Source: Octopus sinensis
Taxonomy: Eukaryota
Assembly: GCF_006345805.1 (NCBI RefSeq)
Contig: NC_042997.1
Coordinates: forward strand, 168,826,001 to 168,890,000
Direction: 5' to 3'
Length of the DNA: 64,000 nt
Positions 1 through 12,904 of this stretch are shown piece after piece. Both the position numbers and the translations under genes were made by a program. The notes beneath the pieces were generated by a model. It had not been told where the DNA came from, made no database searches, and was given only the letters and a program-made list of their open reading frames with translations. Numbering within the stretch: the first letter of the stretch is position 1; each line of letters starts with the position of its first letter.

Positions 1-1055
1 AGGCCACTAAAGTTGCTCGTGACATTTGTGCTGTGTATGGAGAGGGTCCCATAGCTGAAAAAAACACTTATGATTGGTATGCCAAGTTCAAAAATGGAAA
101 TTTTGACCTCAAAGACGCACCTCATTTTGGCCGTCCAATTGAGTTCGATGATGAGTGATTAAACAAACTTTTGCACAAAAATTCTTGTCAAACAACAAGG
201 GAACTGGTAGAGAAAATGGAATGCTCCCACAGTGCTGTAGAGAAGCATCTTCACTCGATGGGAAAGGTTCAGAAGTATGGAGCATAGGTTCCACATGCTT
301 TAAGCGATAACAACAAAAATCAACGGGCCACAATCTCCGCTGGTTTGCTTGCTTGTCACCACTCAACTCATGGACACAAGCAATGATTTCTTTACCAAAT
401 TGTTACTGGTGATGAAAAATGGTACCTGTACAACAATATGAAGCAGCGTAAGAAATGGCTTAGCCCTGGTAAACAAGCGACACCACACATGAAACAAGAT
501 ATTCATCCGCGTAAAACGATGCTGGGCGTATGATGGGACAAGGAAGGGATTATCCATTACGAATTGCTTGAACGGAACCAAACGGTCAATGTGGAATTCT
601 ATGTTCAACAGATGGAATGACTCAACATGGCTATTCAAGAGAAAAGACCTAATCGGCAGCATGGAGTTCTTCTGTTGTATGACAACGCCTGCCCTCATAT
701 TACCAATATGACCAAGGAAGCCATTCAAATGCCTGGCTGGGAAATGCTGCCACACCTGCCATACTCTCCTGATTTGGCACCAACGGATTTCCATCTCTTT
801 TGATCTCTTTCAAATGCTATGCGCAGAGTGTCATTCAATACTGACGCAGAATTGAGAGCTTAGTTGGATCAATTTTTCGAGTCAAAATCGGGTGATTTCT
901 ACCAATGAGGTATTGAAAATCTTGTTGAACGTTGGAAAGAAGTTGTAAACAACAAGAGTGAATACATTATTAATTAATTTGTTGTTATTTTATATTAAAC
1001 CTTTTAAAAAATTTAAATTTTAAAAAATGGTGGGAACTTAGTTGCCAATCCAATA
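1..1055 (+). mobile_element. Mariner DNA transposon fossil (5' end outside the window); transposase pseudogene 3..977 plus right TIR
   Basis: Frame starting at 3 reads ATKVARDICAVYG..GRP..(W)VPHAL..IVTGDEKW..LYDNACPH..PYSPDLAPTDFHLF..ERWKEVV. Catalytic Asp at 411, 681 and 786 gives D,D34D. There are 8 in-frame stops and no frameshift. TIR-like AAAAAATGGTGGGAACTTAGTTGCCAATCCAA ends in TA at 1054-1055. Confidence 0.95.
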
Positions 1056-1129
1056 AATAGTAAAATCCATGCTGTCAAATGCTCCACTGATTTTTCCCAC
1101 CCAGCACCCAAACAAAAGCAATAATGTTT

Positions 1130-2480
1130 TCAAATTTTGAGACAAGGTTAGCAAATTTAGGGGAGGGGTAAGCTGATTACATCAACCCCAGTACTTGATT
1201 GGTACATTATTTTATCAATCCAGAAGAGTCAAAAGGCAAAGTAGACCTTGATGAAAAATTTGAACACAGAATGAAAAGTGTTGGGAAGAAATGCTGCTAA
1301 GCATTTTGTCCATTGTGCCAAAGACTCTGCTAGCTCATTACCTGAATAAGTAATAACAACAATAGTTTCAAATTTTGGCACAAGGCCGGAAATTCTGGGA
1401 GTTGGGTAAGTTGATTACATCAACCCCAGTGCTCAACTGGTGCTTATTTTATCAACTCCAAAAGAATGAAAGGCAGATGTAAACACATACGAAATGCACT
1501 AAGCATTTTGCTTAGCATGATAACGTTTCAGCCTTAATAGTAATAATAATAATGGTTTCAAATTTAGGCACAAGTTTAGCAATTTTTTAGGAAGAAGGAG
1601 ATTAGTTGATTATAGTGGCTCCAATATTTAACCCTTTTGTTACTAACCTGGCTGAAACCGGCTCTGGCTCTGTAGTACAAATGTCTTGTTTTCATAAGTT
1701 TTGAATTAAAATCTTCCACCAAACCTTAGTCACAATTTATGTTCCTAACACTAGCTGAATGATAACTAAGTCATTTTACTAAATTCTTTGTTATATTTAA
1801 AATTAATTGAAAGAAACACAGACCATCTCAAAATAAATACAGTAACGAAAGGGTTAATTGGTACTTTATTTTATTGTCACTGAAGGATTTTGAATGTGAA
1901 TGTGAAGAGCCAGAAGACACACCACAAAGCATTTTGTCAAACTCTACCCATCTTGCTGCTTTAATAATGATGAGAGGAGAATTTCTATTATTTGCCACAG
2001 AGGTATCAGATGAAGGGGACATTACAAGGACAGTTTACAGTTTGTGTGTGGACCTTACATAAAAGATGAGGAGAAGAAAGGGAAAGAAGGAAAATAATCC
2101 TTTCTTATTTTGGCACAAGGCCAATAGTTTTTGAAGGGAGGGGGAAGTCAATTACATTACTTATTTTACTGACTTTGAAAAGATGAAAGACAAAGTCACC
2201 CTCAGCAGAATTTGAACCCAGAATGTAAAAGACCAGAAGAAATGTTGCTAAGTATTTTGTCTGGTGTACTAACAAATCTGCCATTTTGCTGCCTTGTTAA
2301 TAATGATAATTCTTTCTACTATAGGCACAAGGCCCGAAATATCTATCAGGAGGGGAAAAGTTAGTTATGATCATATCACCCCCAGTTCTCAAATGATACT
2401 GGTTTCATCAACCACAAAAAGATGGAAAGCAAAGTCACACTTTAACGCAAGACCTCACATTTTGTAGCAGGGAGTTTATT
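1130..2480. mobile_element. Cluster of old, degenerate SINE fragments (family B-like)
   Basis: Repeated decayed motifs such as AGGCACAAGGCC, GATTACATCAACCCCAGT and AAAGGCAAAG..GAATTTGAAC. Confidence 0.6.
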
Positions 2481-2747
2481 TAGGGACACTTGAATCAGCT
2501 CAAGTATATTACTGGTTTTATTTTATCAAGGCAGGAAGGAATAAAGGGCCTGGCCAAAATATCTGATCTGTTATATATGTTCAAACTGGCCAAATCCTAC
2601 CTACACTAAAATGTCATTTTAAACATAAACAATCACATCACCAAAATCTCAAGGCTACGAGATAATTCATGTTTAATTCAAAACAATGTGAATAAATAAA
2701 CACTACAATCTGAATTTAACACTAAAGGATTAAATTCAGAATACAAG

Positions 2748-2785
<38 letters not shown>

Positions 2786-2796
2786 GACAGAGAGAG

Positions 2797-2828
<32 letters not shown>

Positions 2829-2832
2829 AGAG
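2748..2832. repeat. (AG)n/(AGAC)n microsatellite
   Basis: Direct reading. Confidence 0.95.
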
Positions 2833-2863
2833 AAAGAGCATCAATTCAGATGTGCTAACATTT

Positions 2864-3096
2864 CTTATTTCTTTATTGCCCACAAGGGGCTAAACATAGA
2901 GGGGACAAACAAGGACAGACAAACGGATCAAGTCGATTATATCGACCCCAGTGCGCAACTGGTACTTATTTAATCGACTCCAAAAGGATGATAGGCAAAA
3001 GTTGACCTCGGCGGAATTTGAACTCAGAACGTAGCGGCAGACAAAATACTGTTAAGCATTTGGCCTGGCGTGCTAACAATTCTGCCAGCTCGCCGC
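2864..3096 (-). mobile_element. tRNA-derived SINE, family B (about 230 bp)
   Basis: Reverse complement of GGCGAGCTGGCAGAA..GTTCAAATTCCGCCGAGGTCGACTTTGCCTTTCATCCTTTCGGGGTCGAT..AAAGAAATAG, a sequence recurring many times in the window. Confidence 0.85.
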
Positions 3097-3437
3097 AGAA
3101 ATGTGCTGCCATTTGTCACTCAACAACCACTCCTTCCCTACAATAATGATGATGGTGATAATCAATATTTAAGAATCAGAAGATATTATTAAAGACATAG
3201 AATTATTATCTTGTCATAGAAAAAAGTACATAATCTGAAGCATGTATTAGTGCAATCAATAGTGTATATACCTATGAAATAAAATCATTAAAATCAGAGA
3301 AACGACAGAAACTCAAGTGAAGCAATGAATGTGATAGAAATTTCTTTCTTTTTTTTTTGTTTTAGAAAAATAAAGTGAATGTAGATAAGAAAACAAAACC
3401 GAGACTTCTTGATGGATCTATCATAGGCAAATTATAG

Positions 3438-3832
3438 AAGTGGCTGTGTGGTAAGTAGCTTGCTTACCAACCACATGGTTTTGGGTTCAGTCCCACTGTG
3501 TGGAACCTTGGGCAAGTGTCTTCTACTATAGCCTTGGGCCGACTAAAGCCTTGTGAGTGGATTTGGTAGACGGAAACTGAAAGACGCCGGTCGTATATAT
3601 GTATATGTATATATATGTATGTGTGTATATGTTTGTGCGTCTGTATTTGTCCCCAACATCACTTGACAACCGATGCTGGTGTGTTTACGTCCCCGTAACT
3701 TAGCGGTTCGGCAAAAGAGACCGATAGAATAAGTACTAGGCTTACAAAGAGTAAGTCCTGAGGTCGATTTGCTTGATTAAAGGCGGTGCTCCAGCATGGC
3801 CGCAGTCAAATGACTGAAACAAGTAAAAGAGA
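3438..3832 (+). mobile_element. tRNA-derived SINE, family A (about 400 bp, internal TA/TG microsatellite)
   Basis: Head GTGGCTGTGTGGTAAG..GGTTCAGTCCC (Pol III A/B-box-like), then CCTTGGGCAAGTGTCTT (CORE-like) and tail GACTGAAACAAGTAAAAGAG. Confidence 0.88.
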
Positions 3833-4493
3833 AACAGAAAAGAGAGAATATTAAGATGTATGAAGGTGGAAAGCTGGCAGAATCGTTAGCCTGCACTGCA
3901 GGATGCTTAGTGGCATTTTGTCTGTCTATATTACGAGTTCAAATCCCACAGAGGTTGAGGTTGTCTTTCATCCTTTCAGGGTCAATAAAATAAGTGCTAC
4001 ATGAGCATGGTACCTTGAGCTACTGTTTTCTACCATAACCCCAAGTTGACCAATGACTTGTGAGGTGGGTGAATTTAGTAGGTGGAAACTGTGTGGAAGC
4101 ACTAGTGTAGCTAGAGTGTGTGCCACCTAGAGTGGCTCTTCAGTTTGCCATTCCCAGGCCCCCACAAAAAATGCATATTGCCTACAGCAGACCCAAAATT
4201 GGTGCCACCCACATAAAAGTACCACCTGGAGTGGATCACCCCTCCATCCCCTCTAGATATGCTAGTGTGTGGAAACTTGTTATGTGTGTGTGTGTCTGTC
4301 TGTCCATTCCACTGCATAATAACCAGTGTTGGTTTGTTTGTGTCCCTGTAACTGAGACCAACAGAAATAAGTACCAATCTTAAAAAAAAATAAGTATTGG
4401 AGTTAATTTGTTTCATTAAACCTGTTAAGGTAATACCACAATATGGCTATATTCCAATGACTGAAATAAGTGACAGGTAAATGGTAAAAAGTA

Positions 4494-5311
4494 CACAGTG
4501 TTATTCAAATAGAATGAACCAATTTCATTACGCAATATTTTAATAAGGAAAAGCAATAGAAAACTCGAGCTAAGTCACAAGTATTTACTCACAATCAACT
4601 TTATTTCCTGGCTTACAAATGTTCAATGTGGCAACCACCTGCAACACAGGCAACATCAATGCTATAAGAGAATTCCTCCCAGATGTGTATCTGCTTGGCC
4701 TGTGAGATCCCCAGACCTCACTGTGTGTGATTTTTTCTTGTGGAGATATGTAAAAGATCGTGTTTATGTTCCATCACTCTCTACTAAGCTCAATGACCTT
4801 AAACATTGAATAATATCAGCGATCAATTCAATGGATCGTGATATGCTGATAGTGTCTGGGGGGGAATTCTCTTATCGCATTGATGTTGCCCCATGCTGCA
4901 GATGGTAGCCACATCTGGAAATAAAAGAAGACACTTGCTCAAGGTGCCACAGAGTGGGACTGAATCTAAAACCACATAGCTGCAAATATGTGGCTCTCAT
5001 ATAGATGAACAATACTAAGCACACAGAAATATTTTAAAGCAAACAAGAACCATCTGGTATGGGCACTGGAAATGCTGGATCATCTGATTTCAACATACTG
5101 TGCTTCTTCAGTTCAGTTAGTTTTTTTAAACATAACTTAAAAGTTCTTGCACAGAATTATAATATAAAGTTTAATATATATATACAAAAAATGAACAGGA
5201 AATAAAAGCTGATTGTGAGTAAATACTTGTGACTTAGCTGGAGCTTTCTATTGCTTTTCCTTATTAAAATATTGAGTAATGAAATTGGTTCATTCTTTTT
5301 GAATAACCCTG
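4494..5311 (+). mobile_element. Internally deleted Tc1/mariner-superfamily element with long TIRs
   Basis: About 120-bp TIRs CAG(T/G)GTTATTCAAA..ATTTCCTG (4496-4610 vs 5194-5311) with flanking TA. The internal remnant at 4696-4920 translates WPVRSPDLTVCDFFLWRYVKDRVY, a WPPRSPDLTPCDFFLWG-type motif. Confidence 0.8.
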
Positions 5312-5714
5312 TAAATAGGCATAGAATCTAACTGAATCTAATCAGTAGAAAGAAACAGTGATAAAAAGTCTAAATGACTGCAATTTTTGCTTATGTATAA
5401 GCCAAGTGTAGCAGGATGATAAATAAGTATAGTGTAGCAATAGTAATAAATTCAGCAGTAAGTGGGAAATGTTTCTTATCTCTATGTGATGTTTGGTGAA
5501 AAGATTAAGTCTCTAACTGAAAGAATAAACCAAATAATAAATAGGGAAATTTTACAATAATTGGCAGCATAAGACATGCAAACAACCACTTGATGTATGA
5601 ACCAATAAAGGGGCCTTTATGAACATATGTCAAAAAAAAGGTTCTTCCCAATGTTGGTTTCATGGCTTTTTATGACATATATATTCCCCACCCAATCTGT
5701 AGAAGCTCATCATA

Positions 5715-5754
<40 letters not shown>

Positions 5755-5759
<5 letters not shown>

Positions 5760-6005
5760 CCCAAAGTGTACTGTATTATATATCCATTACAGCCAGCCAA
5801 TCTTACCAATCAGTTTCGCACTAGGGATTCAACAGAGTGTTAGGTAACAATCCAATTATGTAACCCTGCACTCATCAGAGGTAGCCAATAAGAGCAGGGT
5901 TACATGATCAGATTGTTACCCAACAATCCATTGAATCCCTAGTGCAAAACCAATTGGTAAAACCTTCTGTAATGGATATAAGATATTGTACCTTTCAGAT
6001 AATAT
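5755..6005. mobile_element. Palindromic MITE-like element
   Basis: Arms TATATCCATTACAG..TTACCAAT..GCACTAGGGATTCAA..GTAACAATC..ATGTAACCCTGC and their reverse complement, around a ~20-bp spacer. Confidence 0.7.
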
Positions 6006-6519
6006 ACTCACTCTATTAACAGATATACAAGTGCTTTTTTTCCTGACTATGGACTCTAAGGCAACGCAAACTCACACACACATATGTATGTACGTGTATT
6101 GTGTTCTTGTCTTTGTTCCCCACCACCACTTGACAACTGGTGTTGGTTTGATTACATCCCTGTAACTTAGGAGTTTGCCAAAAGAGATAGTAGAATAAGT
6201 ACGAGATTTTAAAAAATAAGTACTGAGTTCAATTTGTCCAGTTAAACCCTTCAAGTTAGCTGCAATCCAATGACTGAAACAAGTAGAAGATAAATACTAT
6301 TTTCACAACACTGTTTAACCATTAGTATAAAGATTACTGTTTCTTACACAAACATTAAGCTTGAGAAGTTGTAACATGCATGGTTGTTGTTACTGCTGCT
6401 GCTGTTTAACCCTAGGTCAGCCCTGACTGAACAAACTTACAATCAACAACATTTCTGCAATTGATTAACATTTGCTGTAACAAGTCATCCAGCATGGTTA
6501 ATACACATGGATAGTTGTT

Positions 6520-6806
6520 TGTTCCTTCTTGAGCCATAGGGCTGGTTTCCCAGTTTCCTTGGCGTATAGGTTCCCCACCTGGACGGGATGCTGGTCTGTT
6601 GCAGGTGAGCTGCAAGACGCAGGAGGAAAGAGTGAGAGAAAGTTGTGGTGAGAGAGTCAGCAGAAGTTCACCATTACCTTCTGCCAGAGCTGCTTGGAGC
6701 TTAGGTGTTTCGCTCATAAACATACACATCGCCTGGCCAGAGATTCGAACCCACGATCCCTCGACCGCAAGTCCGCTGCTCTAACCACTAGGCCATGTGC
6801 GTCCAC
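6520..6806 (-). mobile_element. tRNA-derived SINE, family D
   Basis: Reverse complement of GGCCTAGTGGTTAGAGCAGCGGAC..GGTTCGAATC..GCGAAACACCTAAGCTCC..GCAGCTCACCTGC..TCCCGTCCAGGTGGGGAACC; homologous to 44852-45128. Confidence 0.8.
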
Positions 6807-7430
6807 ACATGGATAGAGCAGTCCTGAATGGCTCCTTTTAGGGGTATCTAGGATTACATTATATCTAATGTATTCTTTATTTATTTAAGACTATAGCATG
6901 TGACTTGAGAAATATTCACTTGCTATTTCTAGCAGCCATGTAGATGATCCCTTGCATGTAGATGCAAAGGATGTTGTTAGTAATGTGAAAATAATAATAT
7001 GATTTCAACTGGAAATTCAAACTAAGTCACAGACTTAGCTTACACCTCTATCACATCTGACATATGTAGAGATCATTAATAATTAATATTGAGTAAAAAT
7101 AATTGCTTTTGATATCACACACACAGAAAAAGGAGTGGAGGAAATAACACTCTGTCAAGTACTTAATTGTTAAGGTTATCTATGATTTGAAAGTATATTT
7201 GATGGTGATATACAATTAGTAAATGCTGCACAGATAAATTAAACAATCAAAGTTGACACTGAAGAAAACACCTTCAGTAACTTTATGGAAATGTAAAAAC
7301 AAACATGCTGGTGTTTTATAACTGCAAGAATTGACCAGTGAGTCAACTTCTGAAAAAACATGTAGAGCCAACAGAGGTGTTTTTAACAGGGGCCAAACCC
7401 TAAAAATATTCGAAGAATATTTTCTCAATA

Positions 7431-7602
7431 GGCGCAGGAGTGGTTGTGTGGTAAGTAGCATGCTTACCAACCACATGGCTCTGGGTTCAGTCCCACTGCG
7501 TGGCACCTTGGGCAAGTGTCTTCTACTATAGCCTCGGGCCGACCAAAGCCTTGTGAGTGGATTTGGTAGACGGGAACTGAAATAAGCCCGTCATATATAT
7601 AA

Positions 7603-7636
<34 letters not shown>

Positions 7637-7820
7637 TTGTCCCCCCAACATCGCTTGACAGCTGATGCTGGTGTGTTTAAGTCCCCGTAACTTAGCGGTT
7701 TGGCAAAAGAAACCGATAGAATAAGTACTAGGCTTACAAAGAATAAGTACTGGGGTTGATTTGCTCAACTAAAGGCGGTGCTCCAGCATGGCCGCAGTCA
7801 AATGACTGAAACAAGTAAAG
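7431..7820 (+). mobile_element. SINE family A
   Basis: Full-length match to the other family A copies, starting GGCGCAGGAGTGG. Confidence 0.88.
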
Positions 7821-8071
7821 ATGTAAACTCATGGTACCTAAGCTAATAGTTCAATATTTTTCTTATTTACTTTTTTCACCTCTACATTTTGTTTTCCAAA
7901 AGCTAAACTTGTAACTGGGAAGTGAAACTAATACCCGTTTTGTTTGATAGATGAAGTTGATTGTGTACATTAAACTTGTTCAAACACCCAGCAAACAGTA
8001 AATGAACCAATCTCTAACCAATTGAGGAATTAAAACTCAATGTAATGCATGTCTAACAAATATGGAGATAT

Positions 8072-8732
8072 AGGCACAAGTGTGGCTGTGTTGTGAGAAG
8101 CTTGCTTCCCAACCACATGGTTCCTGGCTTCAGTTCAACTGTGTGGTACTTTGGGAAAATGTCTTCTACTATAGCTTTGGGATGACCAAAGCCTTGTGAG
8201 TGGATTTGGTAGAGAGAGACTGAAAGAAGATCAGTGTATGTGTGTGTGTGTATGTAGTGAGTGTATGTGTGTGTGTCTTTGTATCTGTGTTAGTCCCCAC
8301 CACTGTTTGACAACTGGTGTTGGCTCAGAAAATTACTATTTGTAAATTTCCCAATGAGAGGTATTCAGCAACAGTACTCTAAAGTAAAGATTATTTGCCA
8401 ACATAACACGAAAGTCCTGGATTAGAACGAATGTTGCTGAAATTTAGCCCCAGGAGACATTGTGTCGTATAGCCAACTGGAGACGATGTCTCCTGGGGCT
8501 AAATTACAGCAATATTCGTCCTAAACCAAGACTGCCATGTTATGTTGGCAAATAATTTTTACTCTGGTGTTGGCTTGTTTACATCCCTATAATTTAGCAG
8601 TTTAGCAAAAGAGACTGATAGACTAAGTACCAGGCTTTAAAAAAAGTACTGAGGTTGATTCATTCAACTATATACTTTTCACAGTAGTGCCTCAGCATGG
8701 ATGCAATCTAATGATTGAAACAAGTAAAAGAT
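8072..8732 (+). mobile_element. SINE family A interrupted by a MITE
   Basis: Family A head and tail are separated by the 8326-8565 insertion. Confidence 0.8.
8326..8565. mobile_element. MITE with ~83-bp inverted repeats and a 10-bp target duplication (Mutator-like by TSD length)
   Basis: Inverted arms 8381-8463 and about 8483-8565; GGTGTTGGCT at 8316-8325 and 8566-8575. Confidence 0.7.
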
Positions 8733-8755
8733 AAAAGGTATAATGCAAAGAATTT

Positions 8756-8987
8756 AAGGCGGAGAGCTGGCAGAAACGTTAGCACGCTGGACGAAATGCT
8801 TAACGGTATTTCGCTTGTCGTTACGTTGTGAGTTCAAATTCCGCCAAGGTTGACTTTGCCTTTCATCCTTTTGGGGTCGATAAATTAAGTACCAGTTACG
8901 CACTGGGGTCGATGTAATCAACTTAATACCTATGTCTGTCCTTGTTTGTCCCCTCTATGTTTAGCCCCTTGTGGGTAATAAAGAAAT
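8756..8987 (+). mobile_element. SINE family B with 20-bp TSD
   Basis: AGGTATAATGCAAAGAATTT at 8736-8755 and 8988-9007. Confidence 0.9.
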
Positions 8988-9601
8988 AGGTATAATGCAA
9001 AGAATTTGCATTGGTTCTACCAAAACACATTGAGTTTGATTACATTTAACAACTAGAATAAGCATGAAAAGAGGAAAAAAGACTAAAAAAAGTTCATTGT
9101 GGATCAACCATAATTATACCTCTAAAAATTAACTCATTTAGGAAGTACACATGTTCTTAAGAAAATAATGTCCTGCAAATAACAACGGTACCAATCAGAA
9201 AGAGAATATGGACAAAGAGAGATTTACAACGAAAATTCCTTTTATTATAACAAAAAAAAACAGAAATATTACATGAAATTAAGTTTTATGTATTTAATGT
9301 AACATTCCGAACTTACACAATAGTATTAGCGTGACATACTCCGTGCTAACAAGATTTTTATCTTTAAATTAATTTTATCTTCAATACAATATTTCAATAG
9401 TTTTACCAATACCACACACACATGCACGCATTAGAACCAACAGCTCGGCTCTCTAGCATTTTTTTTTCTGTCATTGTTTCCATCTAGTAACAATTGTTTT
9501 ACCAAAATAAATCAGGAAGAATGTGGTATTTTTCTAAAGCTTAATGTTGTGATTATAAAAATATTAAAATTGGAAAAGGGGAAAAACGATATAAATTAAA
9601 G

Positions 9602-9810
9602 GGTACTACTTAAGAAGAGTGGTCCCGGTGCGCGCACTCGCGGACTCATGCATCCGCGCTAGCTAGTCGTGACTAGTTGATCCTACCTGGCAAAGCAAAT
9701 AAAACACAAAATAAATAATTTCTTTACACAAAGTAAGGATCGACTAGTCATGACTAGCTAGCGCGGATGCGCGAGTACGCGCACCGGGACCACTCTTCTA
9801 AAGTAGTACC
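9602..9810. mobile_element. MITE with ~80-bp GC-rich TIRs starting GGTAC and 8-bp TSD (Merlin-like)
   Basis: TIR GGTACTACTT(A/T)AGAAGAGTGGTCCCGGTGCGCG..GACTAGT(T/C)GATCCT; AATTAAAG at 9594-9601 and 9811-9818. Confidence 0.85.
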
Positions 9811-10044
9811 AATTAAAGAAAAGTAATAATTGTTGTTGCTTAGCTCCATGTCAAACCTATGAATAAAAGTATTCCACCCATGACCACTCCGTGTAAATTT
9901 AGCATTTACATTATCCAGTTTGTTCTTTCCAGTAAAAAGTAGCTGGGATGAAATTTGAAGGGGATTTGGATATCATTTCTAGCAAGTCGAGTAACCACAT
10001 TGATGATCCGTTGTTGACCCGGAAAAAGAGAAACACTTGTTTAT

Positions 10045-10433
10045 CTTTATCTTTTACTTGTTTCAGTCATTGGACAGCCACGCTGGAGCATCACCTTGAA
10101 GTGTTTATAAATTAAATAAATCTCCCCTGTTACTTATTTCTTTTATTCTTTCATTCTTATTTTCTTGGGTCTCTTTCGCTGAACAGCTAGGTTACGGGAA
10201 CGTAAACAAACCAGCATCGGTTATCAAGAGGGGTCAGGAGACACAGACACACACAGATAGATAGATAGATACAACAGGGTTCTACACGGCTTCCATCTAC
10301 CAAACTCATTCACATTGGTCGGTCCGGAGCTACAGTAAAAGACACATGACCAAGATACCACGCAGTGGGACTGAACCACTAAGCACGTGGTTGCGAAGCG
10401 AGCTTCTTAACCATTCAGCCGTGCCAGTGCCTA
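10045..10433 (-). mobile_element. SINE family A (diverged)
   Basis: Reverse-complement head at about 10330-10433 and tail CTTTTACTTGTTTCAGTCATT. Confidence 0.7.
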
Positions 10434-10999
10434 TGTTGAATGCAGTTAATAAATATATATATCTCAAGAAACATCTTAATATTCCAATTAACTCGCAAAG
10501 ACACCGTTATATTGTTCCGTGATATCACCTAACTGAGCATAATAATTATTAACTGCTGTTATGGTGCCGTTAACTTTGCTCAGTACTGCTCATGTCTTGC
10601 GGAGTCAGTCAACTGAGTCAATAATGTGACATCACTAAAAGCTCAGAGATTTGTGCTGCTTTCTCAATGAAATTGTCGTTGATATTGATGATGATGGTGG
10701 AGATGGTAATAATAATTCCTAATTGTTTATTATTATTATTATTATTCGGGGTCGATAACATAAAGTAAATACTGAGTCGATGTAATCGGGTACCCCAAAA
10801 TTGCTGGCCTCGTGGAAAATTTTGAAACCATTATTATTGGTTGTATATCGTTGTGATTTAATCCTCAATGTCTTGGGTCCTTGTGGCGAGAAAAGAAATG
10901 TCCGCCTCCTCCTCATCATCATCATTATCATCACCATCATCATCATGGTTATTATTATCGTGTGTATCTATTTTGTGTAATCAAATAATGGGATGAAGG

Positions 11000-11460
11000 G
11001 AACTAATTTGGAGATATAGGACATACAATAGATATTATATAGGTAGATAACTTGTTGATCGAAATTAAAAGGAGAGAGTAGAATATAGAGATTCATAAAG
11101 AGAATGAAATGAAAGGCTAATAGCATATAGAATATCTTCAGATAAAATATATAGCGAAAGTAAGGAGTGAGAGAATAAATTGATTATAGAATAAAGAAAG
11201 AAAATACAGAAAGGTATGAGAAGAAAAGACAAGAAGAAAATAGCATACAGGAGGAGAAAAGGAATCGGAGGAGTAAAGAATTACAGACGAAATAGAAATT
11301 TTACCTGAAGAAAATAGAATAATCCGGGGTGAATCGGGTGGACTAATATAAGGGTAAGGGAGAGAATATAAGAGGAAGGAGATTCTTATAATAAAGGGAG
11401 AAAAAGAGGCAGCAGGTAGAATCTGAGAAAAAAAAAGAGACAAAGAGAGAAGGGAATATG
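11000..11460. repeat. Purine-rich (GA) low-complexity tract
   Basis: Strong A/G bias; the 11138-11443 ORF is an artefact of it. Confidence 0.7.
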
Positions 11461-12904
11461 GATACCCACCCGAAAATTAAGATTATGTAATTTAAGCAGC
11501 AGCACTGCCAAATCCCATTGAATATAAATAAACAACCTCTCGTTACAGTTGTCAGTTGACAATCAGGAGGGCAAGTGAAAAGGCTTCGCCAAAAAAAGTT
11601 ATCTAAATGTTAGTTGATCGATTACAGTATCACACACACACACACACATATATATTATATAATCTTATGCTATATTATATTACATTATATTTATCTGTCA
11701 CTGAATTTCTCTAACAGGGTAGGTTCACAAATTAAAAGAGATGAATGAATGAAACTGATAATGTTAAGTTCTCGTTGAACTCAGCGACAAACCGACTTTC
11801 GATCGCTTGTTGGAATTAACCCTCACGTTAGCTAACGCTGTTTGGGAAAATTTTTAACATCACGACGCTATAAGTTGCATTAACTAGATGGGAGTCATTT
11901 ATTAGGTTTTAAACTACATTTGTATATTAGATGCTTTACGTTTTTTGTGTTCTATCCCGTTGGCAAGAACGGCATCTATTTATACTGCTCAGTAAAATAA
12001 CCATTTACAAAATGAATGAGATGTACTTGTCCCTAAGAAAGAAATTATTTCGATCATCACCACCAAGTTTATTACTACAATATAATATTAACCACTACAA
12101 CGAACGATGATATACTTTATATAAATAATTAAAAAATTTGGAATTAATTGCTACAAAATGATTTAATTCAACTAGAAAGAGGGTGGAGTATAAATTAAAT
12201 TGGACTGTTTTAATACGCCTTATGATAATAATAGAAAGAAAAAAATAATTTAAAATTCAGGAAAACAAATAAACTATACAGATAAGAGTCGCTAAAGTCA
12301 CAAACAATTAGGTCAACAAACTTTGTTCATCCATACATTGTTCATTTTCGAGTAGGGTGTAACAATATCAGAGCAGACGTGTTAATTGAAAAAGCAGGTT
12401 ACATAAAAGCGGGAAATGAGTAGAGCGGTAATAATTTTATTTCACACATTGTCATATGGTATAAGGCCGGATCAGAGACAATGTAGTTAGTTAATTACAC
12501 GTAAATATGATAGAATTATATTAGGATATTTTTATATTGAAAACCAAAACCAAAAGGCGTGTATAAAATTTAACAATCGTTGAAACAAACTTAGAATCAT
12601 TTTTGTAACAAGTTTAATTTTGCTGCTATCGATAAAAATGAGTACCTGTAATATACTATAATCGAATCCATCGAATCTGCTGAAGGAATGAGATACATTG
12701 ATGAAGTAATACACATCGGGTTGTCGAGATTTACTCACATAATGCATAAGTTTTTATGTATATGTGTGCATATGCATAAGAAAAGAAGCTACTAGGTATA
12801 TTTCATTATGTAAACAAACTAAACTTGAAAAACATGCAACAATGAAGTAAGTGCACGATCTCCACGATAGGTACTTCAATAAAATGTTCTTACACACACG
12901 CAAA

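Noticed and set aside
109-794. Minus-strand ORFs 109-366 and 363-794
   Set aside because: Antisense to the mariner transposase pseudogene
7216-7400. Possible exon after a TTTTTTCAG acceptor (VDSLVNSCSYKTPACLF..)
   Set aside because: No recognisable homology; the ORF start lies in a SINE and there is no supporting neighbouring exon
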